From Phycisphaeraceae bacterium (GTDB lineage Bacteria > Planctomycetota > Phycisphaerae > Phycisphaerales > Phycisphaeraceae): 64,000 bases of DNA. Positions 49,729-60,432 of this stretch are shown piece by piece; position 1 is the stretch's first letter; every line of letters begins with the position of its first letter. Under the pieces are notes generated by a model, which saw only the letters and a program-made list of their open reading frames with translations, had not been told where the DNA came from and made no database searches. The stretch is from positions 1,248,001 through 1,312,000 of the forward strand of contig OY771506.1 in assembly GCA_963674705.1 (NCBI GenBank). Direction: 5' to 3'. A program made the translations under genes and the position numbers.

Positions 49729-50652
49729 TCAACCTTTGCCTGTCAGTGTAAACCGCACCGACTCCAGGGCGCTGCCGTGCAGGGCGGCGTAGGGGCTTTG
49801 CATGTGGGCGGGCCTGTTTTTCCTATCTGCGGCGATGATACGGGTGGGCATGTAAACCGGGAGCGGATCGATCGCGAAGGGGTAGGGATCGAGTTGAACG
49901 GTCCGGGCGTCGATGCGCTTCCAGTGGATCGTTTCGCGGTCTTGCCAGCTTTTGCCCGGCACGTCCGGCAGGTCGTGGGTTTCCAGGTTGTTCATGCACA
50001 AGTGCAGCGACATCGTGTCCAGCAGTTGCAGCAATCGCAGGTTTGCCAGCGCGTGCTTTGGCGCGGTTGATCCGGTCCACTGCTTGTCTGCTTCGATCTG
50101 TTGCGTCAGTTTACGTTGAACTTCTAGTTGTTCATCCAGGAATGCACGCGTTTTGGCGCGGTCGCCGATGATGTCGGGTGAATCTTCCAGGCCGGTGAAT
50201 ACGAAGTGGCGCATCACGTGGTCCATCTGTTCGCGCAGATCATCAAAGCCTACAGCGTAAAGCCAGTACGCATGCAGGCTGACTAATAGTGCCGCGTAAG
50301 GGTAAGGCCCGGCCAGGCGGTCGATGCCGACGGTCCAGCGTTCGAAGCCGCCGGTCCGCCATTCATCCAGACCGTTGTCGGGGACGGCCTGGGTCTGTTC
50401 GCCAAGCCCGACCGGCAGGCCGTCGGCAGCGCTGATCTTGGGGATCATCTCGGTTTCCCACCAGCCGCTGTCGTGCTCGGCGATCGCGAGGATGACGGTT
50501 TCGCGCCACAACGCAGGATTCGTCGCACCTGGGTACGTGCCGGGCTGCGCGAACCGGTCGTTACCCCAGTGGGCGGCGAGGTGCCCGCTAACCTGGGCGT
50601 GGTGGTGCTGCTGGACCATCCAGATATGGTCGTCGACGTGTGTTTTAAGCAT
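49729..50652 (-). CDS. DUF3891-family protein
   Basis: QHHHAQVSGHLAAHWG, AIAEHDSGW, AALLVSLH, LQLLDTMSL, LDPYPF; AGGAG RBS. Confidence 0.8.
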   Translation of the reverse strand: MLKTHVDDHIWMVQQHHHAQVSGHLAAHWGNDRFAQPGTYPGATNPALWRETVILAIAEHDSGWWETEMIPKISAADGLPVGLGEQTQAVPDNGLDEWRTGGFERWTVGIDRLAGPYPYAALLVSLHAYWLYAVGFDDLREQMDHVMRHFVFTGLEDSPDIIGDRAKTRAFLDEQLEVQRKLTQQIEADKQWTGSTAPKHALANLRLLQLLDTMSLHLCMNNLETHDLPDVPGKSWQDRETIHWKRIDARTVQLDPYPFAIDPLPVYMPTRIIAADRKNRPAHMQSPYAALHGSALESVRFTLTGKG

Positions 50653-50722
50653 GGCGGTGTCTCCTTGCTGTTTTTTGTTGTGTCGGGTCCCGTCCCAGTG
50701 CTTGAAAAGCCTACCCGTCAAT

Positions 50723-50753
50723 TATCTTTATGTCAAGATACTTGATGTAAAGA
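50723..50753. promoter_or_regulatory. MarR operator (two adjacent palindromes) overlapping the marR -35 element
   Basis: TATCTTTATGTCAAGATA followed by CTTGATGTAAAG; TTGATG-N16-TATACT promoter. Confidence 0.75.
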
Positions 50754-50776
50754 AAATCGGGGCTATACTATTTTGT

Positions 50777-51284
50777 ATGCAAGACGCGATCGACCGTTTG
50801 ATTTGTCAATGGAAGCAGGAGACGCCCGATCTTGATCCCCGGCCGATGGGGCTTATCGGGCGGGTGCTGCGTTTATCGCTGTTACTGCAGGCGCGTGTCG
50901 AAGAAGTGCTCAAGCCGCTGGGCCTGAGCCTGTGGCAGTTTGATGTGCTGGTGACGCTGCGGCGCAACGGCAAGCCCTACCGCATGTCGCCGACGCAACT
51001 GATGCACGATGTCATGCTCTCTTCGGGAGCGATGACCAACCGCATCGATCGGCTGGAGAAGATGGGGCTGGTCAGGCGCCTGCCCGATCCGGACGACCGC
51101 CGGGGCGTGTTGATCGAGTTAACGAAGCAAGGCAAGTCGCTGGCCGAGAAGGCGGTGGCGGCGCGTTTTGATGAGGCAAAAAGAGGTAACCGATCTTTTT
51201 ACAGCCAAGGAGCGTAAGGCTGTTGAGGGTTCGCTACGAAAATTAATCCTCGAACTGGAACAAAACATCGAGCCTAAACATTAA
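50777..51284 (+). pseudogene. MarR-family regulator (PecS/TamR-like) with an apparent +1 frameshift near the C-terminus
   Basis: DAIDRL..QW..ETPDLD, FDVLVTLRR, SSGAMTNRIDRLE, DRRG. Removing one A from the run at 51178-51182 restores the terminal helix EVTDLFTAKERKAVEGSLRKLI. Confidence 0.8.
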
Positions 51285-51297
51285 TCTTGTATCAATC

Positions 51298-51330
51298 CCC
51301 TCTCCCCATGGGAGAGGGTTAGGGTGAGGG
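51298..51330. repeat. CCCTCTCCC..GGGAGAGGG-type REP-like hairpin
   Basis: CCCTCTCCCCATGGGAGAGGGTTAGGGTGAGGG. Confidence 0.6.
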
Positions 51331-51389
51331 CCGGATTGATTGTGCTTCAATCACACAATCAATCTTTAAAATTGAAAAGGAGCACGTAT

Positions 51390-51995
51390 ATGGACACACT
51401 CGACGCGATCTACAAACGGCGGGCCGTCAAGCAGTATGATCCCGAGCACCGTTTGACTAAAGAAGAAGAAACGAAACTGCTTGAAGCCGCGATCCAGGCG
51501 CCGACGAGTTTCAACATCCAGCACTGGCGTTTCGTGATCCTGCGCGACCCGGAGCTGCGCGCAACAATCCGCAAGGAGTTGGGCAACGACCAGGCGCAGA
51601 TCACCGATGCGTCGCTGCTGGTTTTGTTCACCGCTGATGTGAACGCATGGAACAAATCGCCCGAGCGCTATTGGGTCAACGCGCCGCAGGAAGTGGCGGA
51701 TTTACTGGTGAACTGGATCGCCCCGTTCCACGAAGGCCGTGAATGGCTTCAGCGTGATGAGGCGCAACGTTCGATCGGCATGGCGATGCAGACACTGATG
51801 CTTGCCGCAACATCGATGGGCTACCAGAGTTGCCCGATGATCGGCTACGACATCGATGGGCTCGCCAAGCTCGTCAACCTGCCCGACGACCACGTGATGG
51901 GCCCGCTCGTTGCGATCGGCAAAGGCACGAAAGACCCGTGGCCGAAGCCGGGGCAGTTGCCGTTGAGCGAGTTGGTGGTGGAGGATTCGTTTTAA
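51390..51995 (+). CDS. Nitroreductase family protein
   Basis: RRAVKQY, APTSFNIQHWRF, LMLAA..GYQSCPMIG; AGGAG RBS. Confidence 0.93.
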   Translation: MDTLDAIYKRRAVKQYDPEHRLTKEEETKLLEAAIQAPTSFNIQHWRFVILRDPELRATIRKELGNDQAQITDASLLVLFTADVNAWNKSPERYWVNAPQEVADLLVNWIAPFHEGREWLQRDEAQRSIGMAMQTLMLAATSMGYQSCPMIGYDIDGLAKLVNLPDDHVMGPLVAIGKGTKDPWPKPGQLPLSELVVEDSF

Positions 51996-52050
51996 AGCGG
52001 ATCCGGCTATCTGATATGCCCGCCGATGGCGATGAATTGTGTCGCGATTG

Positions 52051-52845
52051 TCAGTCGCTTGCTGTCGGTGCAAGGATATCCTGAACCATGGCCGCATCGA
52101 CCTCGACCATATCGTCGCGGTCGCCGCGGTGCATCCCCACGTTCACTACATCGTTCGGCTTGATGTTTGCGTACGCGAAATCCAGGGCCATCCTCGCATC
52201 GATCCGGCCTGCGCCCATGACTTTGTAGGCGATGCATGGCTTGCTGAGTTCGCGTATGACTTCTACTGCCCGCCAGATGTCCGAAAGGTCAAATCGCTCG
52301 CCTTTGCCGGCATGAATGCTACCGCAGTTGAAGAAGCAGACGGTGTGGAAGTCGACCAGGCCGAGGCGATCGACCCAGCGATGCACGTCAGGCGCATGGC
52401 CCGCGACGCCGACCGGGATGTTGTGCTTGCGTGCGGCTTCGATCCAGCGAGCCAACGTTTTCTCATCGCGCTTCAGCCAGAAGTCATCGACCTGCCCGCC
52501 GTGGAAGTACATCGCTTTGCAGCCGATATCGACAGCTTCCCATACCGCATCGGCGATATCCGGCTTCACCCGGCCGTTCATCTGGGCGATCCATTGCAGG
52601 CGACCGCCCGCTGAGAGGTATTCGCGTACCGCCTGAATCACGTGGGGTGTTTCGTTGTTGGTGACCATGCAGTTGATACCGGCCGCCTCGGCCCGCGCCC
52701 ACGTTTGCTTGATCCGGTCGACCGTGTAGTACTCCCGCATCTGCACATCACGGGCCGGCGTCTGATGGCTGTAGCCACCAAACGGGTTGGCCCCGATCAG
52801 CAGGCGGGTCATTGTTAAACCACAGAATGAAACGGTCGGCAACAT
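52051..52845 (-). CDS. Aldo/keto-reductase-like TIM-barrel protein (divergent)
   Basis: TRLLIGANPFGGYSH, GVAGH, KPCIAYKVMGAGR. Confidence 0.7.
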   Translation of the reverse strand: MLPTVSFCGLTMTRLLIGANPFGGYSHQTPARDVQMREYYTVDRIKQTWARAEAAGINCMVTNNETPHVIQAVREYLSAGGRLQWIAQMNGRVKPDIADAVWEAVDIGCKAMYFHGGQVDDFWLKRDEKTLARWIEAARKHNIPVGVAGHAPDVHRWVDRLGLVDFHTVCFFNCGSIHAGKGERFDLSDIWRAVEVIRELSKPCIAYKVMGAGRIDARMALDFAYANIKPNDVVNVGMHRGDRDDMVEVDAAMVQDILAPTASD

Positions 52846-53023
52846 GGGATCTACTCGCTCGGTGAATTATGTTATTTGAGTTGGACGACAGCCTCGTGTC
52901 AACGACAAATCGGTCTGACATCAGACAGATTTGTTTCTCGTGAATCGGCTTTACTCCCAAACATGACCTCGCATACCATTGTCCATTAAACCATCAACGA
53001 CCCAAACCGGGAGGAATATCCCC

Positions 53024-54010
53024 ATGCAAAAGATCACACTCGGACTCAATGGCCCCCCTATCTCGCGGATCGGACTTGGTTGTATGGGGATGAGCGACTT
53101 CTACGGCGATTCAAATGAGGCCGACTCGATCGGTGTGATCCATCAGGCGCTCGATCTGGGCGTTAACTTTCTTGATACGGCCGACATGTACGGCGTCGGC
53201 GCGAACGAAGTACTCGTCGGCAAGGCGATTGCCGACCGGCGCGACAAGGCGGTGCTCGCAACGAAGTTTGCCATCATGCGCGATACCGAGGGGCAGTTCA
53301 TCGGGATCAACGGTAAACCTGAATACGTCAAGCAGGCATGTGAAGCGAGTCTGAAGCGGTTGGGTGTCGACTGTATCGACTTGTACTACCAGCACCGTGT
53401 TGACCCGAACGTGCCGATCGAAGAAACCGTCGGCGCGATGGCGGAGCTTGTGCATGAGGGGAAGGTGAAACATCTTGGATTGTCAGAAGCTGCGCCGGCG
53501 ACGATCCGTCGGGCTCATGCGGTGCACCCGATTTCCGCGCTACAGACGGAATACTCACTGTGGACGCGCGACCCGGAGGGTGAACTACTGAACACCTGCC
53601 GAGAGTTGAGCATCACGTTCGTAGCGTACAGCCCGCTTGGCAGAGGATTTCTGACCGGGCATATCCGCAGCGTCGATGATCTTGCTGAAGACGATTGGCG
53701 AAGACACAACCCGCGCTTCCAGGGTGAGAACTTTGAGAAGAATCTCGAACTGGTCGACCACGTGCGCGAACTGGCGGAGTCTAAACACTGCACGCCCGCA
53801 CAACTCGCGCTCGCCTGGCTGCTCGCGCAAGGCAATGACCTCGTCCCCATCCCCGGCACACGCAGCATCGGACGACTCAAGGAAAACGCGGACAGCGCGA
53901 CCATCGAGTTGAGCATGGATGAATTGCAGGCGATCGACCGCATCATGCCACCCAACGCTGCGCTAGGCATGCGCTACCCTGAGCAAGCCATGGTCGCGCT
54001 GAACGGGTGA
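53024..54010 (+). CDS. Aldo/keto reductase
   Basis: [46 protein letters not shown]. Confidence 0.95.
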   Translation: MQKITLGLNGPPISRIGLGCMGMSDFYGDSNEADSIGVIHQALDLGVNFLDTADMYGVGANEVLVGKAIADRRDKAVLATKFAIMRDTEGQFIGINGKPEYVKQACEASLKRLGVDCIDLYYQHRVDPNVPIEETVGAMAELVHEGKVKHLGLSEAAPATIRRAHAVHPISALQTEYSLWTRDPEGELLNTCRELSITFVAYSPLGRGFLTGHIRSVDDLAEDDWRRHNPRFQGENFEKNLELVDHVRELAESKHCTPAQLALAWLLAQGNDLVPIPGTRSIGRLKENADSATIELSMDELQAIDRIMPPNAALGMRYPEQAMVALNG

Positions 54011-54027
54011 TGACTTACACCGCACTT

Positions 54028-54573
54028 TCAATCATCGTCTATCTCACCCGTTTCGCCCGGGAGCGTCGGCAGGGGTTCTTTAGGCAATAGTGCTTGCACG
54101 CCGAAGTCGTGGACAAGTCGGCCGCCGTTGTGTGCGGTGTTGACGACGGCCAGCACGCCGACAACCTGGCAGCCGAGCATTACCGCGCATGCTGCGACCC
54201 AGACAAGCCGATGGTGTTTGTACTTCCGGATACATAGTATCACCACCTGCAACAGCACAAAACCGATTACCAGCCCGGTCAGCCACTTCGCGGTGAACTC
54301 GGCCAGCGATTCATGCACTTCCATCACCTGATTAATGGCCGGCGTACGCATCGCCAACTCACCCGCGGCCTCACCGGTCGATACCGCGACCCAAGCCGCG
54401 GCCGCACCGCCGATCAACAATCCTGTTGCCGTCAGCGACATCGGCCAGCGCATGCGCTTGCCGAAGATCGACAGAAACACGAATATCGGAGCCAGTAGCG
54501 TTAGAACGATCGGGAAGTGAATGACCAGCGGGTGCAGTCCGTCCCATGGGGGGATTGGAGGCAGTTGCCACAT
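54028..54573 (-). CDS. DUF2231-type membrane protein
   Basis: HPLVIHFPI, STG, HESLA, TAHNGGRLVH; 4 TM segments; AAGGA RBS. Confidence 0.82.
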   Translation of the reverse strand: MWQLPPIPPWDGLHPLVIHFPIVLTLLAPIFVFLSIFGKRMRWPMSLTATGLLIGGAAAAWVAVSTGEAAGELAMRTPAINQVMEVHESLAEFTAKWLTGLVIGFVLLQVVILCIRKYKHHRLVWVAACAVMLGCQVVGVLAVVNTAHNGGRLVHDFGVQALLPKEPLPTLPGETGEIDDD

Positions 54574-54664
54574 AACTGTTTCCTTTTCATCTGCGTGAAG
54601 TGTCGGAGCCAAAGAATACCCGCAGCCGCCGGTAGACGGCCACGGGTCGTCGTTTGTCAATGTG

Positions 54665-55282
54665 TTAATTCACCAGGCGGAACACTTCTTTCGGCGAGAA
54701 GCAGGACGGGCACTTGCTGGCCGGCAACGCGGTCAGTGTTTCGCCGCAGACCTGGCAGACGTAGAAGTCCTTCTTGCCGTCGCGCCATTGTTCGAGGTTG
54801 TCCAGGGCTTCCTTGTAGAACTTCGCGTGGCTTGCCTCTGCCGTGGCGGCAAAGTTGAAGCTGCGGATCGCGTCGCGGTTGCGGTCCTCTTTCGCTTGCG
54901 CGATGAAGTTCGGATACATGGTGTCACGCTCGTAGGATTCACCTTTGATCGAGTCTTTCAGGTTTTCCGCGGTGGTCTTGACCACGGGCGATACGACCTC
55001 GGCTTTTGCCTCACCGCCCAGCGAGCGGATCACTTCAGCGTGATTCTCGGCGTGGACAAACTCCGCTTCGGCCGCGGCGCGGAACAGGCTTGCGACCTGG
55101 TGATACCCCTCCGCCTCGGCCTTCTTGGAAAACGCAAGGTAGCGCGTGTGAGCGTTCATCTCCCCGGCGTAGGCTTCCATCAGGTTATCCATCGTGCTCG
55201 CGGCGTTCGCTGTCGAAACACCCAGGCACATTGCAATCAAAGCAAATAATGCGAAAACAGAAAAACTCTTTTGCGACTTCAT
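54665..55282 (-). CDS. Rubrerythrin with an N-terminal signal peptide
   Basis: AYAGE..A..RY, EFVHA, GESYE..MY, EASHA diiron motifs; C-terminal CQVCG..CPSC; leader MKSQKSFSVFALFALIAMCLGVSTANA. Confidence 0.92.
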   Translation of the reverse strand: MKSQKSFSVFALFALIAMCLGVSTANAASTMDNLMEAYAGEMNAHTRYLAFSKKAEAEGYHQVASLFRAAAEAEFVHAENHAEVIRSLGGEAKAEVVSPVVKTTAENLKDSIKGESYERDTMYPNFIAQAKEDRNRDAIRSFNFAATAEASHAKFYKEALDNLEQWRDGKKDFYVCQVCGETLTALPASKCPSCFSPKEVFRLVN

Positions 55283-55524
55283 CTCACGTTCCTTTTCTAA
55301 GGTATCTAAGTTGTAAACCCGCCATGCGCGACATGCGCTTGATAGCTTGGAGGATGACAAGCATCTATCGATGATACGCAGCCCGAAGCGGAAGTCTTCG
55401 CGGTGATGTGAAAAATATGTGAGAAAAAGTAATTGAGTAATACTTGGTTGATAAAGCGCAGCCGTCGTCGAGATTGAAAATAAGAACCAGTCTCGTTTGC
55501 GCGCCGCGCCTAACACATGTCAAT

Positions 55525-57039
55525 CTACCAACGACCATCCGTCACGCCGGGCCAGTCATCCGTGCGGAACGGTTCGGCCGGCAGACCAGTCGCGTTGTAG
55601 AGATATGTGAACGGGTAGTCCGCCCAGTTGTGGCGCACGGCGACTGGTTCATCGACCATCGGGCTTGTTATGGTGATTTGATTACCTTCGATCGTTGCGG
55701 TTGCCCACCAGAATCTTTTGTCTTTGCCCGCGATCGCAAAGGCTTTGAGCGGATCGCCGAGTAGTAAGAGCTCGCTGTTTTCGCAACCATCGAACGTCAG
55801 GATGGCTTTGCCGTTTTCAAATTGCGCATCGCGCAGGTGAGGTCCGCGTGCGGTGACGTTTTCTTTGTAGGCAAGTTTGCGGGCTGCAAGCGCCAGGCGT
55901 TTGCCGAGTGTTTGCTTGTTCGCAGGATGGATGTATCGGCGGTCGCCGATGTCGATCGTCAGCACCATCGCGGTGTTCGGCTCATTCAGTCCAAGCGACT
56001 GCGCTTCACGCAGCTCCGCCCAGGCACTTTCCTGCGGCTCTTCATCTGTAAACTTGAAGCCTGCAAGCTGCACGAAGATGAACGGCGTATGGCCTTGTCC
56101 GAACGTGTCGCGCCAGTTGCGGATCATCGCGGGGGAAAGCTCGCGATACTGGGCGGCGCGCACGGCATTGGTTTCGCCTTGATAGAGCGCGACGCCGCGG
56201 AACCGTGCATGACGTAGCGGGTAGATGATGCTGTTGTATAAGCCGCATGGCCAATGGTGTTGATAGGTCCGGTAGTCCCCGTTGGGTGAGAACGCGATTG
56301 GTGTGTCGTATGCTTTTGCAACTTCGAGGTTCTTTTCGTACTCGGCTCGGATTGCTTCGTAAAGCGCCAGGTTCTTTTCATAATCGGCAGCGATCCGGTT
56401 CGCGTAGGCCAAGCGCTTCTTGAAGTTCGGCATATTTTCCAAGGTGTCGCGCGACATCCACGCCTCAACGCTCGAACCGCCCCACGATACATCCACCACC
56501 GCCACCGCGCAGACACGGTCTTTCAACTCACGCCCGAAGTAGTACGCCGTTGCTCCGAAGTTCGCGACCGTTTCTGGCGAGCAGACCCACCAGCTTACTT
56601 GCACATCTTCCTGCGGCTTGTCTGCGTACGCATGATCCGCACGCGCCAGGCGTAGCCAGGGATGGTCCGCACTTGATTTCCGAACGCGCGTTGTCACACA
56701 GATAAACCGGCAACATCATGTTCGACTGCCCGCCGCAGAACCACACCTCGCGATCATTACATCCTTGAAGCCAACGTCGCCCGATGCGTCGCTGATGGTC
56801 AGTTCGTAAGGCCCGCCCGCATCCATGGCCGAAAGTTCCGGCTTCCATTGCCCGGACGCGCCGGCCTCGCACGAACCGGTTTGATCCGCCAGCGTCACGC
56901 GGACGGTTTCATTCGGCGCGGCTGTGCCCCAGATGACGATCGGCTGCTCACGCTGAAGCACCATGTGGTCTGCAAAGTAACCCGCCGGCTCAGCCGCGAC
57001 CGACCACGAGGCGAACAACAGCACCGGCAACAAACGCAT
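55525..57039 (-). pseudogene. Sialate O-acetylesterase (SASA/SGNH) gene broken by at least two frameshifts
   Basis: Pieces in three frames: FADHMVLQREQP (56716-57039), EVWFCGGQSNM (56528-56872 frame), and WGGS..EAW, YQGETN, IHPANKQ, PFRTD (55525-56697). Confidence 0.88.
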
Positions 57040-57376
57040 ACCGGCTCTCCCTATCTATAAGGATGTTTATCTAAAAACCCCACCGACATGACGGACGACC
57101 GCTGGGCCCGACCCGCGTGTGTGGCGCCGCAGTGTATCACGGCAGACGGATTGGGGTTGTGACGATAGACGGGCCGATTGGTGGCGGTCACCCGTAAATA
57201 TCTGTCAAATAAGAATATGGATGGTGCTGCCGGTCCCGTCTCTTCGGCCCGGCCCGCTTTGGCCCCACCCTAACTGCGTGTGCTACAATACCCGGCTCGG
57301 CCGAATTGCCCCTCATCAGGCGGCTCGGCTGGTTTCGAGATGTCACCCCTGAATTACGTTTTGAAGGACCAACGCC

Positions 57377-58792
57377 ATGCCACGTGCCATGACCATGACC
57401 GAGAAGATCTTCGCCGCCCACGCCGGGAAAGCTGAAGTAGCACCGGGCGAAAACATCTGGGTGGGCGTTGACCTGCTGATGACACACGATGTCTGCGGGC
57501 CGGGCACGATCGGCATCTTCAAGAAGCAGTTCGGCAAGGACGCCAAGGTCTGGGACAAGGACCGTGTCGTCATTATCCCCGACCACTATATCTTCACCGC
57601 TGATGAAAAGTGTCACCGCAACGTCCAGACGCTGCGCGACTTCGTCAAGGAACAAGGGCTGAAGTATTACTACGACCCGGACTTCCTCAACACGGCTGAG
57701 GGCTCGGGCTTCCCTAATCCTTACCGCGATCCGAATCAGACCAACTATAAAGGCGTCTGCCACAAGGCGCTGCCTGAGGAAGGCCACTGCCGGCCGGGCG
57801 AGATCATGCTCGGCACGGATAGCCACACCTGCACCGCCGGTGCGTTCGGCCAGTTTGCATCAGGCGTCGGCAACACCGATGCCGCGTTCACGCTCGGCAC
57901 GGGCAAGACCTGGCTGAAGGTTCCGCCGACCATGAAGTTCACCTTCCATGGCCAGATCCCCCCCTACCTGACCGCCAAGGACCTGATCCTCGCGGTCATC
58001 GGCCAGATCGGCGTCGCCGGTGCGACTTACAAAGCCATGTACTTTGCGGGCGATGGCATCCAGAGCCTGAGCCTTGAAGACCGCATGACGTTGACCAACA
58101 TGGCCATCGAAGCCGGCGGGAAGAACGGCATCTGCGATGTCGATGAAAAGACACTCGCTTACGTCCGCGCCCGTTCCACACGTCCGGACTGGACCGTCTA
58201 TAAGGATGATCCGAACGCTGAGTATTGCTTCGAGCACGAATGGGACCTGGGCGCGATGGAGCCGATGGTCGCCAAGCCGCACAGCCCGGACAACAAGGAC
58301 ACCGCCCGCAACTGCTCGGACGTCAAACTCGACCGCGCGTACATCGGCTCGTGCACCGGCGGGAAGATCACCGACATGATCTTCGCCGCGAACATCCTGG
58401 CCGGTAAGAGCGTGAAGATCCCGACCTTCGTCGTGCCCGGCTCGACCGAGGTCCACTCCGACATGCTCACGCTCAACCTGCGTGGCGAGAAGGCTGCCGA
58501 TGGTGAGTTGACTGTTTATAAAGCGCTGGAAGAAGCCGGCTGCCTGATCGGCGCCGCCAGCTGTGCCGCGTGCTTAGGTGGCCCCGCCGACACATTCGGC
58601 CGCCTGAACGAGCCGATCAACTGCATCAGCACCACCAACCGAAACTTCCCCGGCCGCATGGGCCACAAGGAAGCCGGCGTCTACCTGGCCAGCCCCCTGA
58701 CCGCCGCCGCCAGTGCGCTGACGGGTAAGGTGACCGATCCCCGCGAGTTTGTCAGCGAACCGATCGTGACGGGCGGGGCCGGGTTAGTGTAA
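57377..58792 (+). CDS. leuC: 3-isopropylmalate dehydratase / homoaconitase large subunit
   Basis: TMTEKI, HD, DH, GTDSHTC, IGSCTGG, SCAACLG, STTNRNFPGRMG; no small-subunit gene adjacent. Confidence 0.88.
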   Translation: MPRAMTMTEKIFAAHAGKAEVAPGENIWVGVDLLMTHDVCGPGTIGIFKKQFGKDAKVWDKDRVVIIPDHYIFTADEKCHRNVQTLRDFVKEQGLKYYYDPDFLNTAEGSGFPNPYRDPNQTNYKGVCHKALPEEGHCRPGEIMLGTDSHTCTAGAFGQFASGVGNTDAAFTLGTGKTWLKVPPTMKFTFHGQIPPYLTAKDLILAVIGQIGVAGATYKAMYFAGDGIQSLSLEDRMTLTNMAIEAGGKNGICDVDEKTLAYVRARSTRPDWTVYKDDPNAEYCFEHEWDLGAMEPMVAKPHSPDNKDTARNCSDVKLDRAYIGSCTGGKITDMIFAANILAGKSVKIPTFVVPGSTEVHSDMLTLNLRGEKAADGELTVYKALEEAGCLIGAASCAACLGGPADTFGRLNEPINCISTTNRNFPGRMGHKEAGVYLASPLTAAASALTGKVTDPREFVSEPIVTGGAGLV

Positions 58793-58969
58793 GTCACTTT
58801 TGATAAACAAATAACAGTGATAGGCAGTAGGCATTGGTCTACTGCCTGTTTTAATGTAGGCATATGATGGCTAGCAACAACAGCCAAAGTCATATTATTG
58901 TGGCACGATAATAAGTGGGGTATGGTCACCTGTATACCCACAGAAGGGATTTTATAGGACCAGGCTGGT

Positions 58970-59055
58970 TCATCCTAATTTTGTGTCAATTAGGTTGATT
59001 TTGGGATCAACCGGTTATATCCTAATTTGTGATGAATTAGGATATAATTAGGATG
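58970..59055. promoter_or_regulatory. Tandem palindromic operators upstream of the Fic gene
   Basis: TCATCCTAATT-N7-AATTAGGTTGA (58970-58998), perfect TTATATCCTAATT-N7-AATTAGGATATAA (59015-59047), and a further half-site at 59046-59055. Confidence 0.85.
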
Positions 59056-60405
59056 ACTGACTACGCTCTCAAAATGCCTGCCAAGCCTCCATCGCTTTCC
59101 GAGGAAGTTCTGTTTCCCAAAGAAGGTGACACAGAAATATACGCTAAGGCATTTCGCGCTGGGATGGAGGAATTCCGTCAGCAACGGTACGACCATTGGG
59201 ACAAGTTTCGACGACGCAAAGCCCCAGAAGGCCTGACTGCAGAACAGTGGTGGTACGGCGCAAAGCTGGCGCGATCTTTGAATCGCAAGTACATAGATCT
59301 GGAAGATGTAAATGGAAAGCACTTCAGCTATGTAATTGTAGACACGATCTCAGAGATGCAGCACAGGGTTGATTTATCAACAGGGGGTCAGATTGGTATA
59401 GCCGAGCCTGTGACAAATTCGGAAGAGAAAGACCGTTATCTGATCTCTTCTCTTGTGCAGGAGGCGATTACATCCAGCCAGATTGAGGGAGCATTGACCA
59501 CACGTGAGGTGGCCAAAGAAATGTTACGGACTAATCGTCGGCCACAAAACCGTGACGAGCAGATGATACTCAACAATTATCTGACGATGCGACATATTGG
59601 TAAGATCAAAGAACAACCGCTCTCGCCAGAAGTTGTTTTTGAACTACACCGACAAATGACAAAAGAAACTCTGGATAATCCCGACGATGCCGGTTGTTTC
59701 AGGGGTAGTGATCGCAAAATTGAGGTTGGGGATGACTATGGGCAGATTGCTCATGTACCTCCGCCTGCAGATCAACTACCTGCGCGATTAAAGAAGATGT
59801 GTGATTTTGCAAACGGGAAGTCGCCGGATCGCTTTGTGCATCCAGTCGTGAGATCCATCATATTACACTTCTGGTTAGCTTATGATCATCCTTTTGTGGA
59901 TGGCAACGGCCGAGCCGCCCGTGCATTGTTCTACTGGTCTATGCTTAGGAGTGGTTATTGGTTATTTGAGTACGTCTCAATTTCACAAGTGATATTAGAT
60001 TCAAACCGCCAGTATTATCGTGCATTTTTACATACGGAAACGGACGAAAACGACCTAACATACTTTATCCTTTACCATTTGAAGGTAATCAATCAGGCTA
60101 TCAATAGACTGCACCAATATATTGAACGGAAAGCAGAGCAGGCAAGAGCTTTAGATTCATTACTCAGATCCACGGTTGAACTCAATCACCGTCAACGTGC
60201 TTTGCTTAGTCACGCGCTGCGACATCCCGGACAGAGGTATACGACCGAATCACACCGGACCAGTCATGGTGTGGTGTATCAAACGGCTCGCAATGATCTG
60301 TTAGACCTCACTCGCCGCAAGCTACTGACGGCCAGCAAGCGGGGGAAAACAGACTACTTTGCGCCGGTGAAGGACCTTGAACAGCGATTACAGAAGATAC
60401 GATAA
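59053..60405 (+). CDS. Fic family protein (class II-like) with a C-terminal HTH-like domain
   Basis: Catalytic HPFVDGNGRAAR; inhibitory SSQIEG motif upstream; C-terminal HGVVYQTARNDLLDL. Confidence 0.93.
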   Translation: MTDYALKMPAKPPSLSEEVLFPKEGDTEIYAKAFRAGMEEFRQQRYDHWDKFRRRKAPEGLTAEQWWYGAKLARSLNRKYIDLEDVNGKHFSYVIVDTISEMQHRVDLSTGGQIGIAEPVTNSEEKDRYLISSLVQEAITSSQIEGALTTREVAKEMLRTNRRPQNRDEQMILNNYLTMRHIGKIKEQPLSPEVVFELHRQMTKETLDNPDDAGCFRGSDRKIEVGDDYGQIAHVPPPADQLPARLKKMCDFANGKSPDRFVHPVVRSIILHFWLAYDHPFVDGNGRAARALFYWSMLRSGYWLFEYVSISQVILDSNRQYYRAFLHTETDENDLTYFILYHLKVINQAINRLHQYIERKAEQARALDSLLRSTVELNHRQRALLSHALRHPGQRYTTESHRTSHGVVYQTARNDLLDLTRRKLLTASKRGKTDYFAPVKDLEQRLQKIR

Positions 60406-60432
60406 ATGCCCGTACGATTGTGAACCACATAG

